Shown here piece by piece: positions 10,060 through 21,100 of a stretch of DNA of 32,000 nucleotides (the stretch's first letter is position 1; each line of letters begins with the position of its first letter). Below the pieces are notes generated by a model. It made no database searches, was not told the origin of the DNA, and saw only the letters and a list, made by a program, of their open reading frames with translations. The DNA is from Trichodesmium erythraeum IMS101 (GTDB lineage Bacteria; Cyanobacteriota; Cyanobacteriia; Cyanobacteriales; Microcoleaceae), in contig NC_008312.1 in NCBI RefSeq assembly GCF_000014265.1, positions 510,001 to 542,000 on the forward strand, given 5' to 3'. Position numbers and translations under genes: made by a program.

Positions 10060-12129
10060 ATGCGAACAACCCTTATGCTACAATGGCTGCTGCCAAGTAT
10101 ACTCAGCATTTTTGTCTTAGGCAGTCCCTCAGAAGCTGCAACTCTAGAATCTTGGCAATTTAAAGTTAATCAGAACGAACTGTCCTTTACTACAGAAGGT
10201 GGGGTTCAACCAAAGGCCCAATTAGCAACTAATCCAACTCGGTTAATAATAGACCTGCCAGGAACAACTTTAGGTAGTGTAAGACCTTCTCAAGCTATAG
10301 GTCGAGCTATCAAAGCAATAAGAGTAGAACAATTTGATTCTCAAACAGCTCGGATAGTGGTGGAATTAAACAATGGCTATACCATTGACCCAAAGCAAGT
10401 ACAATTTCGGGGTATTTCTCCTAGTGAGTGGACTGTACAAATACCAAGTCCTCAACAAATTACCTCTACTACAAATACAGATATTAATTTTGCGCCTCAG
10501 TCTTCACCCCCACCTCCTCAAACTCTACAACAGCCTTCACCCCCACTACTCCTAAGTCCTCCTCTGCCTTTTCTGAAGAAAGAAAGATCAAGTAATCAAA
10601 ATAGAACAAGACCTACTAACTCTCCTCTGGTAAATCAAGTTACAACTACTGGTACACCAACTCTTGTAGAAGATGTCCAAATCAAAAAAGAGGGAGTAGT
10701 TCTCAAAACAAGTGGTAGATTACCAGAAATTGAACTAAAGAAGAGTGTTGATCGTACCTGGATGACCATTGATGTCCTCAATTCTACTCTGACTGCCAAG
10801 GGTCTCAAGCCCAGTCAAAGATTTAATGAATCAGGATTAACAATTACTCAACTAACTCAACTTTCGACTTCACCAGCAGTAGTTCGTCTTACACTAAGTT
10901 TGCCAGATAAAAGGACTCAATGGCAAGCTCGTGCTTATGCAGGTGGAATAGCAGTATGGCCTGAAGGAGAAGTACAACCTACAATTAATGAAGCTACTGG
11001 TTTTGTTTTCCTTAAGTCAGTGGAATTAAAAAATGGTACTGAGTTAGTGGTTACTGCAGATAAGCCTATTAACTATACTAGTGGTTGGGATTCTGAAACA
11101 GGTGCCTATGGAATTACTATATATAATGCTAAGATAGATGACCGATTTAGGTTACCAAAAAGAGAAGTTGGTAGCCCTTTAATTTGGGCAAAAATACGTC
11201 AAGAAGATCCAGAAACAGTTACAATTCTGGTCAAGCCTGCTACTAATGTTAAAATTGCAGAAGTCACTCAGGTTACGACTCAACAGTTATCTTTACTTAT
11301 GGGTTGGGGTAATATTGGAACTGCGCCTCCAGGTTGGAGACCCAACTCTATAGAGCCATCTTCTAGTTCAAAACCTTCACTATTCCCAAGGAGATATAAT
11401 TCGTCATCTCCAAATTCATTGGGGGAAAATTCACTACCTCAGAATAGATTACCTCGGAATTCTCCTGAAAATTTGCGTCCGAGACGCTGGCCTTTTACTT
11501 GGCCTCGTCGCAATAATCAACGCTCATTAAATAATGATCGTCGTTTTCCTTTGCAAAATCAATTACCTCAAAGTGATGGACGAGTAATGATAGTGATAGA
11601 CCCTGGACATGGGGGACCAATGGATTTTGGTGGAGTAGGTTTTGGTGGTATGCGGGAGAAGGATATTGTATTACCGATGTCATTGGAAGTAGCTCAAATC
11701 CTGGAGCAGAATAATATACAGGTGGTTATGACTCGTAAGACAGACCGGGATTTGGATTTACCACCACGCTCAGAGTTGGCTAATAGGGTTGGAGCAGATT
11801 TATTTGTGAGTATTCATGCTAATGCTATTAGTATGAGTCGTCCTGATGTGAATGGTTTAGAAACTTTTTATTATCAAAGTGGGCAGGTTCTAGCACAGTA
11901 TATTCAGAATAGTATGTTGGAAGCTTTTCCGACGATGAATAATCGTGGTGTGAAGCGAGCTCGTTTTCATGTGCTAAGACATACTAAGATGCCTGCTGCC
12001 TTGGTAGAGGTAGGTTTTGTCACTGGTAATTATGATTCTCGGATACTTGCTGATCCTGGCCAACGGAGTCGTATGGCACAGGCGATCGCTCGTGGCATAT
12101 TGAAATATGTCCAAGTTTATTATCGGTAA
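10060..12129 (+). CDS. amiC: N-acetylmuramoyl-L-alanine amidase, AmiC type (two AMIN domains, Pro/Ser-rich linker, Amidase_3 domain)
   Basis: Signal peptide after the ATG at 10060 (MRTTLMLQWLLPSILSIFVLGSPSEA). AMIN-like modules (LESWQF...TRLIIDLPGT...ARIVVEL, and VEDVQIKKEG...WMTIDVLNS). C-terminal VIDPGHGG...REKD...LFVSIHANA...GLETFYY...ARFHVLRHTKMPAALVEVGFVTG. Upstream TTG (9985) and ATG (10009) starts are possible but would precede the signal peptide. Confidence 0.85.
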   Translation: MRTTLMLQWLLPSILSIFVLGSPSEAATLESWQFKVNQNELSFTTEGGVQPKAQLATNPTRLIIDLPGTTLGSVRPSQAIGRAIKAIRVEQFDSQTARIVVELNNGYTIDPKQVQFRGISPSEWTVQIPSPQQITSTTNTDINFAPQSSPPPPQTLQQPSPPLLLSPPLPFLKKERSSNQNRTRPTNSPLVNQVTTTGTPTLVEDVQIKKEGVVLKTSGRLPEIELKKSVDRTWMTIDVLNSTLTAKGLKPSQRFNESGLTITQLTQLSTSPAVVRLTLSLPDKRTQWQARAYAGGIAVWPEGEVQPTINEATGFVFLKSVELKNGTELVVTADKPINYTSGWDSETGAYGITIYNAKIDDRFRLPKREVGSPLIWAKIRQEDPETVTILVKPATNVKIAEVTQVTTQQLSLLMGWGNIGTAPPGWRPNSIEPSSSSKPSLFPRRYNSSSPNSLGENSLPQNRLPRNSPENLRPRRWPFTWPRRNNQRSLNNDRRFPLQNQLPQSDGRVMIVIDPGHGGPMDFGGVGFGGMREKDIVLPMSLEVAQILEQNNIQVVMTRKTDRDLDLPPRSELANRVGADLFVSIHANAISMSRPDVNGLETFYYQSGQVLAQYIQNSMLEAFPTMNNRGVKRARFHVLRHTKMPAALVEVGFVTGNYDSRILADPGQRSRMAQAIARGILKYVQVYYR

Positions 12130-12238
12130 GGGGAGTTGTCTGAGATATCAGTTCTTAGTTAATCTAGCTTGAAATAATATGGGGAATTCTATAAACAGAG
12201 TCATCTTTGATATGGTTGAAGCCATAAACTTAGGGATT

Positions 12239-12261
12239 TCAATCCTTGAGGATTGATTTTT
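12239..12261 (+). terminator. Candidate intrinsic terminator downstream of amiC
   Basis: tcaatcc-ttga-ggattga (7-bp stem, 4-nt loop) followed by ttttt, about 110 nt after the amiC stop. The stem is AT-rich. Confidence 0.3.
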
Positions 12262-12486
12262 GGCTGAAGTTTTGTAGCTTTTTCATTCCCGCATAAATGA
12301 ATTTTCTAGGCTGAGTATTAGAAGTTATTTCTCTCATCAGTTGTCAATTCTTACTGCCAACTATCAGCCCTCAGAATCCGCCCACAAATACTATGGAAAC
12401 TAATATATAGTAGTTTTTCTGTCGGGAACTTTTCAAAAATGATCACCCCCTCTAAGACATTACATAGAATTTCCCCACTTTGTAGT

Positions 12487-13410
12487 CTACTCAGTAGAAA
12501 AACTTACGTTTTTCATGGCTGCTCTAAGATTACCTTGATACTCAGATAAAACCCTATCCCCTTCTTCTTTTTTTAAGTTACTCCAGTGCATCAAAAGTGC
12601 TAACTTAACTGAATCACCACTTTTATTCAATAATTCCTCTGCTTCATCCCGACTTAACTCGGTTAAGTCTTCAATAATTCGTAAGGCCCGATCCCGTAAC
12701 TTACTATTTTTTATAGCTACATCAATCATGCGATTACCATAAACTTTTCCTAACCTCACCATTACTCCGGTGGATAAGATATTTAAGGCCATTTTTGTGA
12801 CTGTTCCTGCCTTCAGACGGGTTGAACCTGATAATAGTTCCGGACCAACCAACAACCTAATATCTACATCTACCTTGATGCTAAATTGTTCTACAGGCAC
12901 ACAAGTAATAAAAATTGTTTTTGCTGCCCTTTGTTTTGCTCCTTCTAAAGCACCGTGAACATAAGGAGTTGTACCACCTGCAGTGATGCCAACTATTACG
13001 TCTAGATTTGTGATATTGTGCGAAGCGATCGCCTCATTACCATCTTCCCAGCTATCCTCCAAATCTTCGGAACTGCGAAGTAAAGCATTTGCACCTCCAG
13101 CAATAATTCCTTGTACCAACTCTGGAGACGTGCAAAATGTTGGTGGACATTCAGCGGCATCTAATACGCCTAAACGACCACTAGTACCTGCTCCCACATA
13201 AAACAATTTACCACCTTGACTTAAAGCTTTAGTAGTCATGTCTACTGCCTGAGCTAGTTGTAAACGGGATGAAGCGATCGCTTTCAAAGTTTGCTTATCC
13301 TCTTGGTTAAACAAGTCTACTAATTCTAAAGAACTTAACTGGTCGAGATTATGACTATTTGGGTTAACCTGTTCGGTTAACAAATGACCTCGCTGTTGTA
13401 AATTTTTCAT
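12487..13410 (-). CDS. murQ: N-acetylmuramic acid 6-phosphate etherase
   Basis: LTEQVNPNSHNLDQLSSLELVDLFNQEDK... and FYVGAGTSGRLGVLDAAECPPTF (SIS domain) are characteristic MurQ blocks. I chose the ATG at 13410 (307 aa) over the TTG at 13434. Confidence 0.85.
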   Translation of the reverse strand: MKNLQQRGHLLTEQVNPNSHNLDQLSSLELVDLFNQEDKQTLKAIASSRLQLAQAVDMTTKALSQGGKLFYVGAGTSGRLGVLDAAECPPTFCTSPELVQGIIAGGANALLRSSEDLEDSWEDGNEAIASHNITNLDVIVGITAGGTTPYVHGALEGAKQRAAKTIFITCVPVEQFSIKVDVDIRLLVGPELLSGSTRLKAGTVTKMALNILSTGVMVRLGKVYGNRMIDVAIKNSKLRDRALRIIEDLTELSRDEAEELLNKSGDSVKLALLMHWSNLKKEEGDRVLSEYQGNLRAAMKNVSFSTE

Positions 13411-13929
13411 ATCAAACCTTGACAAATTATACAAAAAAATATTAGCGTCTCCATAAATCTTATCTCTTAACTATTATTGTGTTAAAACTCGGGTATAAAT
13501 CGTGTTAATTGAGGAAATTCTAATAATTGAGCTAATAAATACTTTGATCCGCACCTATGGCTGGCTATGGGGTAGATGAGGTAGGTGAGGTCTGCCCCAC
13601 AATAGTTTTGTTATTTATGCCATACCTCTTTATTTTTCATAGCCCCACAGCAGCTTGAGGGTTTATTATTCTATATTTTCATGGAGATGGATGAACTGAA
13701 ATTAGTTCTTTTGATTAATTCTCTTGAGCAAAAAAATTTGAGCTACGATGAGAACCCCTGAATCTATTTACATTGTCCACTGGTAAATCCTGGCTTCAGA
13801 TGACTAGAAAGACTCTAGCTATTCTTGGGACTTATCTTGATTCAATTTAATAATTGAACTATGGGTTATTTGTCCGAAATCTGCTATTACTGATAACTTA
13901 TAAAGACGATAACTCCTAACTGAAATGGC

Positions 13930-14292
13930 TTATAAAAGGCCTTCTAATTGACGCCTAATTTTATCTAAGTCTGCTTCAGTGTTTTCAGAAGCTTGATTTG
14001 CATCTTCTTGCCAATTAGTTTTTTCTACATTATGCTCTGGAGGAATTTCTAACTTACCTGATGGTATAATCTCCCAATCATAGTCCACACTCTTGCAGAA
14101 TTCTATAATTTCCTCTTGGTCAAACTCTTCAACTGTGGGAGTAGGAAATGCTTGAGCTTCTAGTAATACACCGAAGCGAGTCGCATCATCCTCAGATTCA
14201 AACATCAATACTTTCTGGCTACTGTCCATCTGAATTGTATGTATTCCCTCATTTTCAGTTCTAGCATTAAACAGTAAAACAAATATTCGCAT
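13930..14292 (-). CDS. DUF3110-family conserved cyanobacterial protein
   Basis: MRIFVLLFNARTENEGIHTIQ...VLMFESEDDATRFGVLLEAQAFPTPTVEEFDQEEIIEFC matches the DUF3110 pattern. I chose the ATG at 14292 (120 aa); the upstream extension in the ORF track looks non-native. Confidence 0.7.
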   Translation of the reverse strand: MRIFVLLFNARTENEGIHTIQMDSSQKVLMFESEDDATRFGVLLEAQAFPTPTVEEFDQEEIIEFCKSVDYDWEIIPSGKLEIPPEHNVEKTNWQEDANQASENTEADLDKIRRQLEGLL

Positions 14293-15093
14293 AACTTTTC
14301 CATACCTTGAAGATAGCTTAATTTTGTCTATATTAGCTGATAGGTGAATGCTACATAAATAGGGTTTTTTCAATTATTGGTTATCAGTTATCCCTTGATA
14401 AAGGATAGCCCTTTTCATCTTGATGAGCTTACCTCATAACCAAAACTTTGTAGAAGCGTTTGACTTTGGGAATGCTAGGCAAATATCTTGAGAAATATTT
14501 ATGGCTATTTGTCCCTAATGTAGCTGACTATGAAAACCGCTATGATCTAAACAGTTAAAAGAATAAAAAAAACCCGCTATTTTACTAATAGAGTTTCTAA
14601 GTAGTCCCCATTAATAGGAACAGGGTAGAATTTCAGTGCTCAGTTTACCATTAACCCAATAGGTTATTTTAAGACGGGTCCTTATTTTGTAGTTCTTTTC
14701 CATGGAATGTCCTCACCTAACTCCATCTTTTGGAGCTCAAGAAAATGTAAAACAGTTTTTGAGTCTAGGGTATTACTTATGAACAATAAATAAGGTTTCA
14801 AGTCTCCTCTTCTAAAAGGATAAAAAAAGAAAATTCTAGGTTTCCAGCTTTCTACTTTCGCTTTATGCTATCAATATCTTTCTTGAGAGCATACTTGACA
14901 AAAAAAGCAAGTTATGTTTTTATTTCAAAGAGATCTTTCCCGGAAAAAAAGTGTATTGGATTAAGGACTTAAGTAGTTTTGTCTAGCTACTATACTCTTT
15001 CTCCTTTCTCTCTTACTTCCCCTTCAAGTTTTGGGTTAGTTCCTACAAAGTTTTCAGAAGTTCCTAATTAACGATAGGAATGGAGCCGGAGGT

Positions 15094-15127
15094 ACTGATA
15101 ACTGATAACTGATAACTAATAACTAAA
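15094..15127. repeat. STRR-like heptamer array (ACTGATA/ACTAATA) abutting the tamB start codon
   Basis: actgata actgata actgata actaata actaaa|ATG, read directly. Related GATAACT/ACTGATA strings also occur at about 13893-13925 and 14378-14395. Confidence 0.8.
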
Positions 15128-18100
15128 ATGACAAACGCCCCAAAAAAACTTAATGACCAAACCAACGTTTCCACCTCCAGAAAATGGATACGAATAATTA
15201 TTATTAGTGGTATAGGATTAGGTACTGTCTCGGTAGCAGGAGGAATAGTAGGAACCTGGTTTGTACAGAAACAACTAGCTCCAATGGTCAGTAAGAGTCT
15301 AAGCAAACTAATGCAAAGACCAGTTAAAGTGGGGGAACTGAAAAAGTTTGGTCTCGGTTATATAGAGTTTGGTCCTTCGTCCTTACCTCCAAACTCAAAG
15401 GACTCAATTAGTGCCTACACAGAAGTAGTCAAAGTCAAATTTCCTCTTAGATCAATTTTATTCAAAACCTTAAAACTGGATATTACATTTGGAGAATCTC
15501 AAGCTTATGTACAACAAGAAATTGATGGTTCATTTGCTATACCAAAATTGGCAGGGGACTTACCTGATCCACCATTAGATATTGAGATTAAAAAGGTAAA
15601 TTTCCCAAAAATAAATGTTTCTATTCAGCCGTCGGAAAAAGGAAAATCTTCTACCCCAATTCTATTAGATTTAAGTAAAACCGAAGTTCGCTCTTTAGAT
15701 AAACAACAACGTTGGTTAGTGAGTCTTAATGGTAGGGTTATAGATGGTGGTAACTTTAAGGTTAACGCTGATGCTAATATCAAAACCTGGGAAATTGAAG
15801 CTAATATGGTAGCACAAAAGCTGCAGCTGCCAATATTTGCAACCTTAGCATCTGCACTAGAAAATATTCCGACTCTAAATATAGAAAGTGGGGAGTTAGA
15901 TGCAAACCTCCGCGCTCAGGTTAAAATAACTGATAATATTGCAGATATTGTACAAGATGTGAGAGGAAGGGTTAGCTTACAGAGGTTGAAGGCAAACACT
16001 GATATCCTCAGCAACCAAGTTAACTTGAATACGGTTGCTAATATTTCTTGGCCAAAAGTTAATGTGGAAAATTTGGATGGGAACTACGGGAATATTGGCT
16101 TAAAACTAAGAGGTGCAGTAGAAACAACAAGAGATTTAAATTTAGAGAATATTAAACTTGATTTCCAGGGGACTGTTTTGCCTGTTTCTTTTGAGACTTT
16201 GTTTAATACTGCGACAAGAGAGATTAATTTACTCTCAAATAATACTACATCAGCGGAAACTAAACAACAGTTACAGCAGATCAATGGTCAAATTCAAAGT
16301 ATCAAGCCTTTGTTAGCAGGGAGAGTAAAAACTGATATCAAGTTTTCTGGAAGTTTACTCGAACCATTGGTATCAGGAAAAATTGAGACTACTGAAGTTA
16401 CTAGGGTTGATAGGTTAAGGTTTAAGAATATTGCTACTAAGTTTACTGTTAGTTCTCAGTTAAACCAAGATTTTCGACCTGTTAATATGGCTGCTAGTTT
16501 CTCCGGTTTGCAAATTAACCCTATGTTGGGAGGTAAAATAACTGGTAAAGGGGCTGTTTTAGAAGTAGACCTCCCCATTGCTACCCCCAAGGCGAGCAGT
16601 AAAAAACTAGAAGTTGGCACTCAGGCTGTAGAAAGGTTCCAAGAAGTATCTCTAAAGAGTCAAGAGTCAGAAACGAAGTTTAACCCAACAGTTGACTTAG
16701 ACTTGCGGGTACAAAATTTACCTGTGGAAGCGATCGCTCAACAATATAACATTACTTCACCTCTTCCTATTGGTGAATTTTCCACGGAGGTTAAAATTTC
16801 TGGTCCTCTTGAAACTCTTAAAGGGCAAGTTCAATGGCGGCTACCTAAAGCAGTTTATCCTTTAAGTGGTGCTGTTGATATTATTAATAGTCAGGCAAAT
16901 ATTAAAAATACTATTGTTAAAATTGGTGGCGGAACCGTTAATATTAATGGCAATGCTAACTTGGAAAACTGGCAACTAAATGCCACTGTTAACCAAGTTA
17001 ATTTAGATAAGAAGTCTTTACAACCTTTAGGTTTACCATCAGGATTAGAAGGTATTTTTAATGGTAAAGCTAATTTTTCTGGTCTGACAAGTAAATTTTC
17101 AATTAATAGTATTAATGGCAATGGAAATGGTATTGTTAATATTGCTGGTGGTCAAATTAATCTGAATGGTAAACTTAATAATGGTAATTGGCAAGGAAAA
17201 GGAATAGGGAGTCAAATCAATTTAAGTGCTTTAGAAAGAATTGCTATAAATTCAGATATTCTAAGAACTCCTAATTCAATATTTTCTAGTAAAAACGACG
17301 GGATAATTAATGGTGAAGTAACTTTATCCGGGAATTTAAATAATTTAAGTTTAGCAGGAGTAAAGGCTAATATTAATGGCAATCTTAATCTTGCTAATGG
17401 CATAATTAATGCTAATGGTAAAGTTAATAATGGTGGATTTAAAGTGTTAGTTAATACTGCAGAGTTACCAATTAATCCTTTACTAGATTTAGGCTGGTCT
17501 GCAGTTAATTCAGGAATTATTAATGACCAAGAAAAATTAAATCTGATTAAGAAAAATATTCCCCGATTAAAATCTATCAATGGTAAGTTAAGTGGTAAGG
17601 TTAGTTTATTGGGAAATTTGACTAACCTTTCTCCAGAATTTTTACAAGAAAATATCACTGGAGATTTCACAGGAAATCTCAAGATTAAAACAGGAACAAT
17701 TAACGCTGTAGGTAATTTAAAAAGAGGTAATTTCCAAACTATATTTCAAACAAATCAAATAGCTCTAAGTGCTGTAGAAGATTTATTGAAAGAAACCAGA
17801 ATAGTTTCTCCTAAAAGCAATATTGTACAAAAAAATACTGACGGACAAGTTAAAGGTAGAGCTACAGTATCTGGAAATATAAATAATTTGACTCCAGAAG
17901 GAGTGACTATTGATGGATATGGCAAGGTTTTGATTGCAGGAGGAATAATTAACGCTCAAGGAAGATTAAGTCAAGGAAATTTTCAAGCCTCAGTTAATAG
18001 CAGTAAATTAAGAGTAAATCCACTTTTAGATTTGGGAAAGTCAGTTTTAGTATCTGGATTAATACCAGTCGAAACTTATAAAATTAAAACTTTAATTCGT

Positions 18101-21100
18101 CAAGTTAATACTATTAATTCGTTAAATAGTCAAGTCAATATAAAGGCTAATTTTTCTGGAAATTTGACAAATTTTACTTCAGAAAGAATAAGCGCAATGG
18201 CTAAAAGTCAGCTATTTATTGATGATAATTATATTGATTTTGATGGAAAACTTAACGGGGGCAACTTTTTAGTAAATGTAGAAACAGCAAGAATTAGTTT
18301 ACGCCCTTTAGAAAAAATAATCAGAAAAACTGATTTAGTTTCTCTTCCTCCTAGCGCAACTTTACCCCCAGGAATTGAAGGAGAAATATTGGGAAAATTT
18401 AGCGTTTTTGCCAATATTAATAATGTTAATCTTCAAGATATAGCTGTTGATGGAAGTGGAAAATTAATAATTGGAAATAATACAATTAATGCTACAGGTA
18501 AATTAGAGCAAGGAAATTTTGAAGCAGTAGCGATCGCTGATCCTATTCCTCTAAGTTTTGTCAAAAAAATAGCCAAGGAAACAGAGGTAGTTTCCTCAGA
18601 AAATTTACGTTATTTAGAAACAATAAATGGGAATGTTTTTGCGAATGCTAAATTAGCAGGAAATTTAGATAATTTAAACCCAGAAGCTATCGCTGCTTCT
18701 GCAGAAGGAAAACTAATTTTTGCTGATGGTGGAGCCATAAATATTACTGGGGAATTAGTAGGTAAAGAATGGCAAGCTGCCGTAGTAGGAAACCAAATTC
18801 CTTTAGAGCAATTTTCAGCTGCTTTAGAAAAACATGAACAGGCAAAATCTGCTGTTGCTGCCATTAGAAAAGCTCAAAAATTATTAGGGCAAGCTGAAAA
18901 TTTACCTGTAATTGGAGGGTTATTTAATAGCAAAATTGATTTGTCAGGAAGTCTAGCAAACTTAAATCCAGAAGCGATTCAAGCTCAAGCAAAATTAACA
19001 CTTTCAGAGTTACCAGTGATTGATAAATCCTTCAATGGTTTGTTTAGCTGGAACCAGAAAAGAATAGAAATAACAAAAGCTGCTATTCCCCCAGAAGTTA
19101 ATGTTAATGGATTAGTAGATGTAGATTTTACAGCACAAAAATCTCCTACTATTTCTGGAATTAATATTGATGTCAGTTTGTCAGATTTTAACTTAGCATC
19201 TTTGCCAATAAAAAAGTTGATGGAAAGTTTACCTGTAGAAAAAAAAGGTGAATTATTAACAGGTAGAGTTAGCTTTGATGGGAAAGTTATTGGAAAATCT
19301 ATTGCAGATTTAAACTTAGTTGGTGATGTAGTTTTGAGAAATTTATCAGTAAATAAGGTAGATTTTGATTCTGAGTTATCAGGAAAGTTAAATGCAGGAA
19401 TTACTCAAGGGATAAACTTTAAAATTGCTGGTAAGAATGATTCTTTGGAGTTGGTGTTAGATGAAACTTATTTTCCCACTGCTTTTTTAGTGAAACGAGA
19501 CCAGGCAAAACTCGCTGGTGTTACTGAAGGAGAAAACTTTCTAATAACATTAGCAAAATTTCCTTTGGAGTTGTTAGGTATAGCACCAGCAAAGCAGTTT
19601 GATATTGGCGCAGTTTCTGGAGAAGCATCGGCAAAAATAGCTGTATCTAATTTGAGAACGTTTGATATTAAGTCTATCAAAGCAGATGGAAATTTAGAGG
19701 TGACAAAACCTGGTATTGGTTATATAGATGCTGAAAGTTTTAGAGCAGATATAAATTATGCTCAAGGGAAAGCAAGTATTAATGATGGCATATTGTTATT
19801 AGGAAACAGTCGATATGTCTTACAGGGAATGGTTGATCTTAATTCACAGGGTGCTACTTTTGACCCCTATTTTGCAGCTAACCTCAAAATAGAAAAAGCA
19901 GAAGTGCAAGATATTTTGACTGCTCTCCAATGGTTTGAGTTAAAAGATATTGCACGGGGAGTGGCAACTCCAAATTATGCTAAGGCGGCAGACTTACAAA
20001 CATCAGCAGTGGGTTTTTATGAAAAGACACCAGTAATGATGCAGTTGCGTCGGCTTGCTGAAATTAAGGTTTTGCTCAAACAACAGGAAGAAAGTCAAGA
20101 ACCAAAAACTCCCATACAGATACCACCTCTTGCTGATCTTGATGTTACTTTGTCTGGAGAAATAATGGCAGAAGGATCTTTGCAGTCTGGTGTTGATGGG
20201 AAGTTTGATATCAAAGGTAGCGGTTGGAGTTGGGGAGTTTACAAAATAGATAATTTTCTTGTACAGGGTAAGTATGAAAATGAAGTCCTGACTGTCAAAC
20301 CCCTAGAAGTGCAAGTAGGAGAAGCGTCCTTGGCTTTTAATGGAGATTTGAATACAAAAAATCAAAGTGGGAAGTTACAGTTAAAAAATATAGATTTGGC
20401 AGAAGTACAGAAGTTTGCTCAGAGTTATGTACTGCAAAATAGTAATATTAATATTACGGGAAAGTTGAATTTAGAAACAGAATTAAATGGAAATTTTCAA
20501 GACCCCAGAGCTAAAGGTAAAATTAAGATAGTAGATGGAACTCTAAATGAACGACCTATTGAAAAAGCACAAACTGATTTTAGTTATAAAGCTGGGCGAC
20601 TGGGTTTTAATGGGGATCTTTCTATAGTTGGAGATCCTATTTTATATGAAGGTGATGTACCTATTAATTTACCTTTCGCTAAAGTTTCTACAGATAACAA
20701 TTTAATTAATGCCAGGGTCAATGTTAAAAATGATGCTTTCAAAATAGTAAATATTTTGACTGACCAGGTGGTTTTAGACTCGGGTGAAGGAGACATATCA
20801 TTGGAGGTTAAAGGAACATTAAAACAACCACGAGTAGAGGGTACTGCTAAATTTACAGATATTAGTATAGCTGCAACAGCATTTCCTGAAGCTTTAACAG
20901 ATTTAGAAGGTACAGTTTCATTTAATGGCGATAGCATAGAAGTTGAAAAAATTCAAGGAAATATTAGTGATGGTGTGGTTGAAGTTACTGGTGTCTTACC
21001 TATTCGCGAATCATTGGGCAGGGAAGACTCTGATATCAATAACCCTCTTACCATTACCTTGAAAAAACTTAATGTAGATTTTAAAAAGGTCTTTAAAGGT

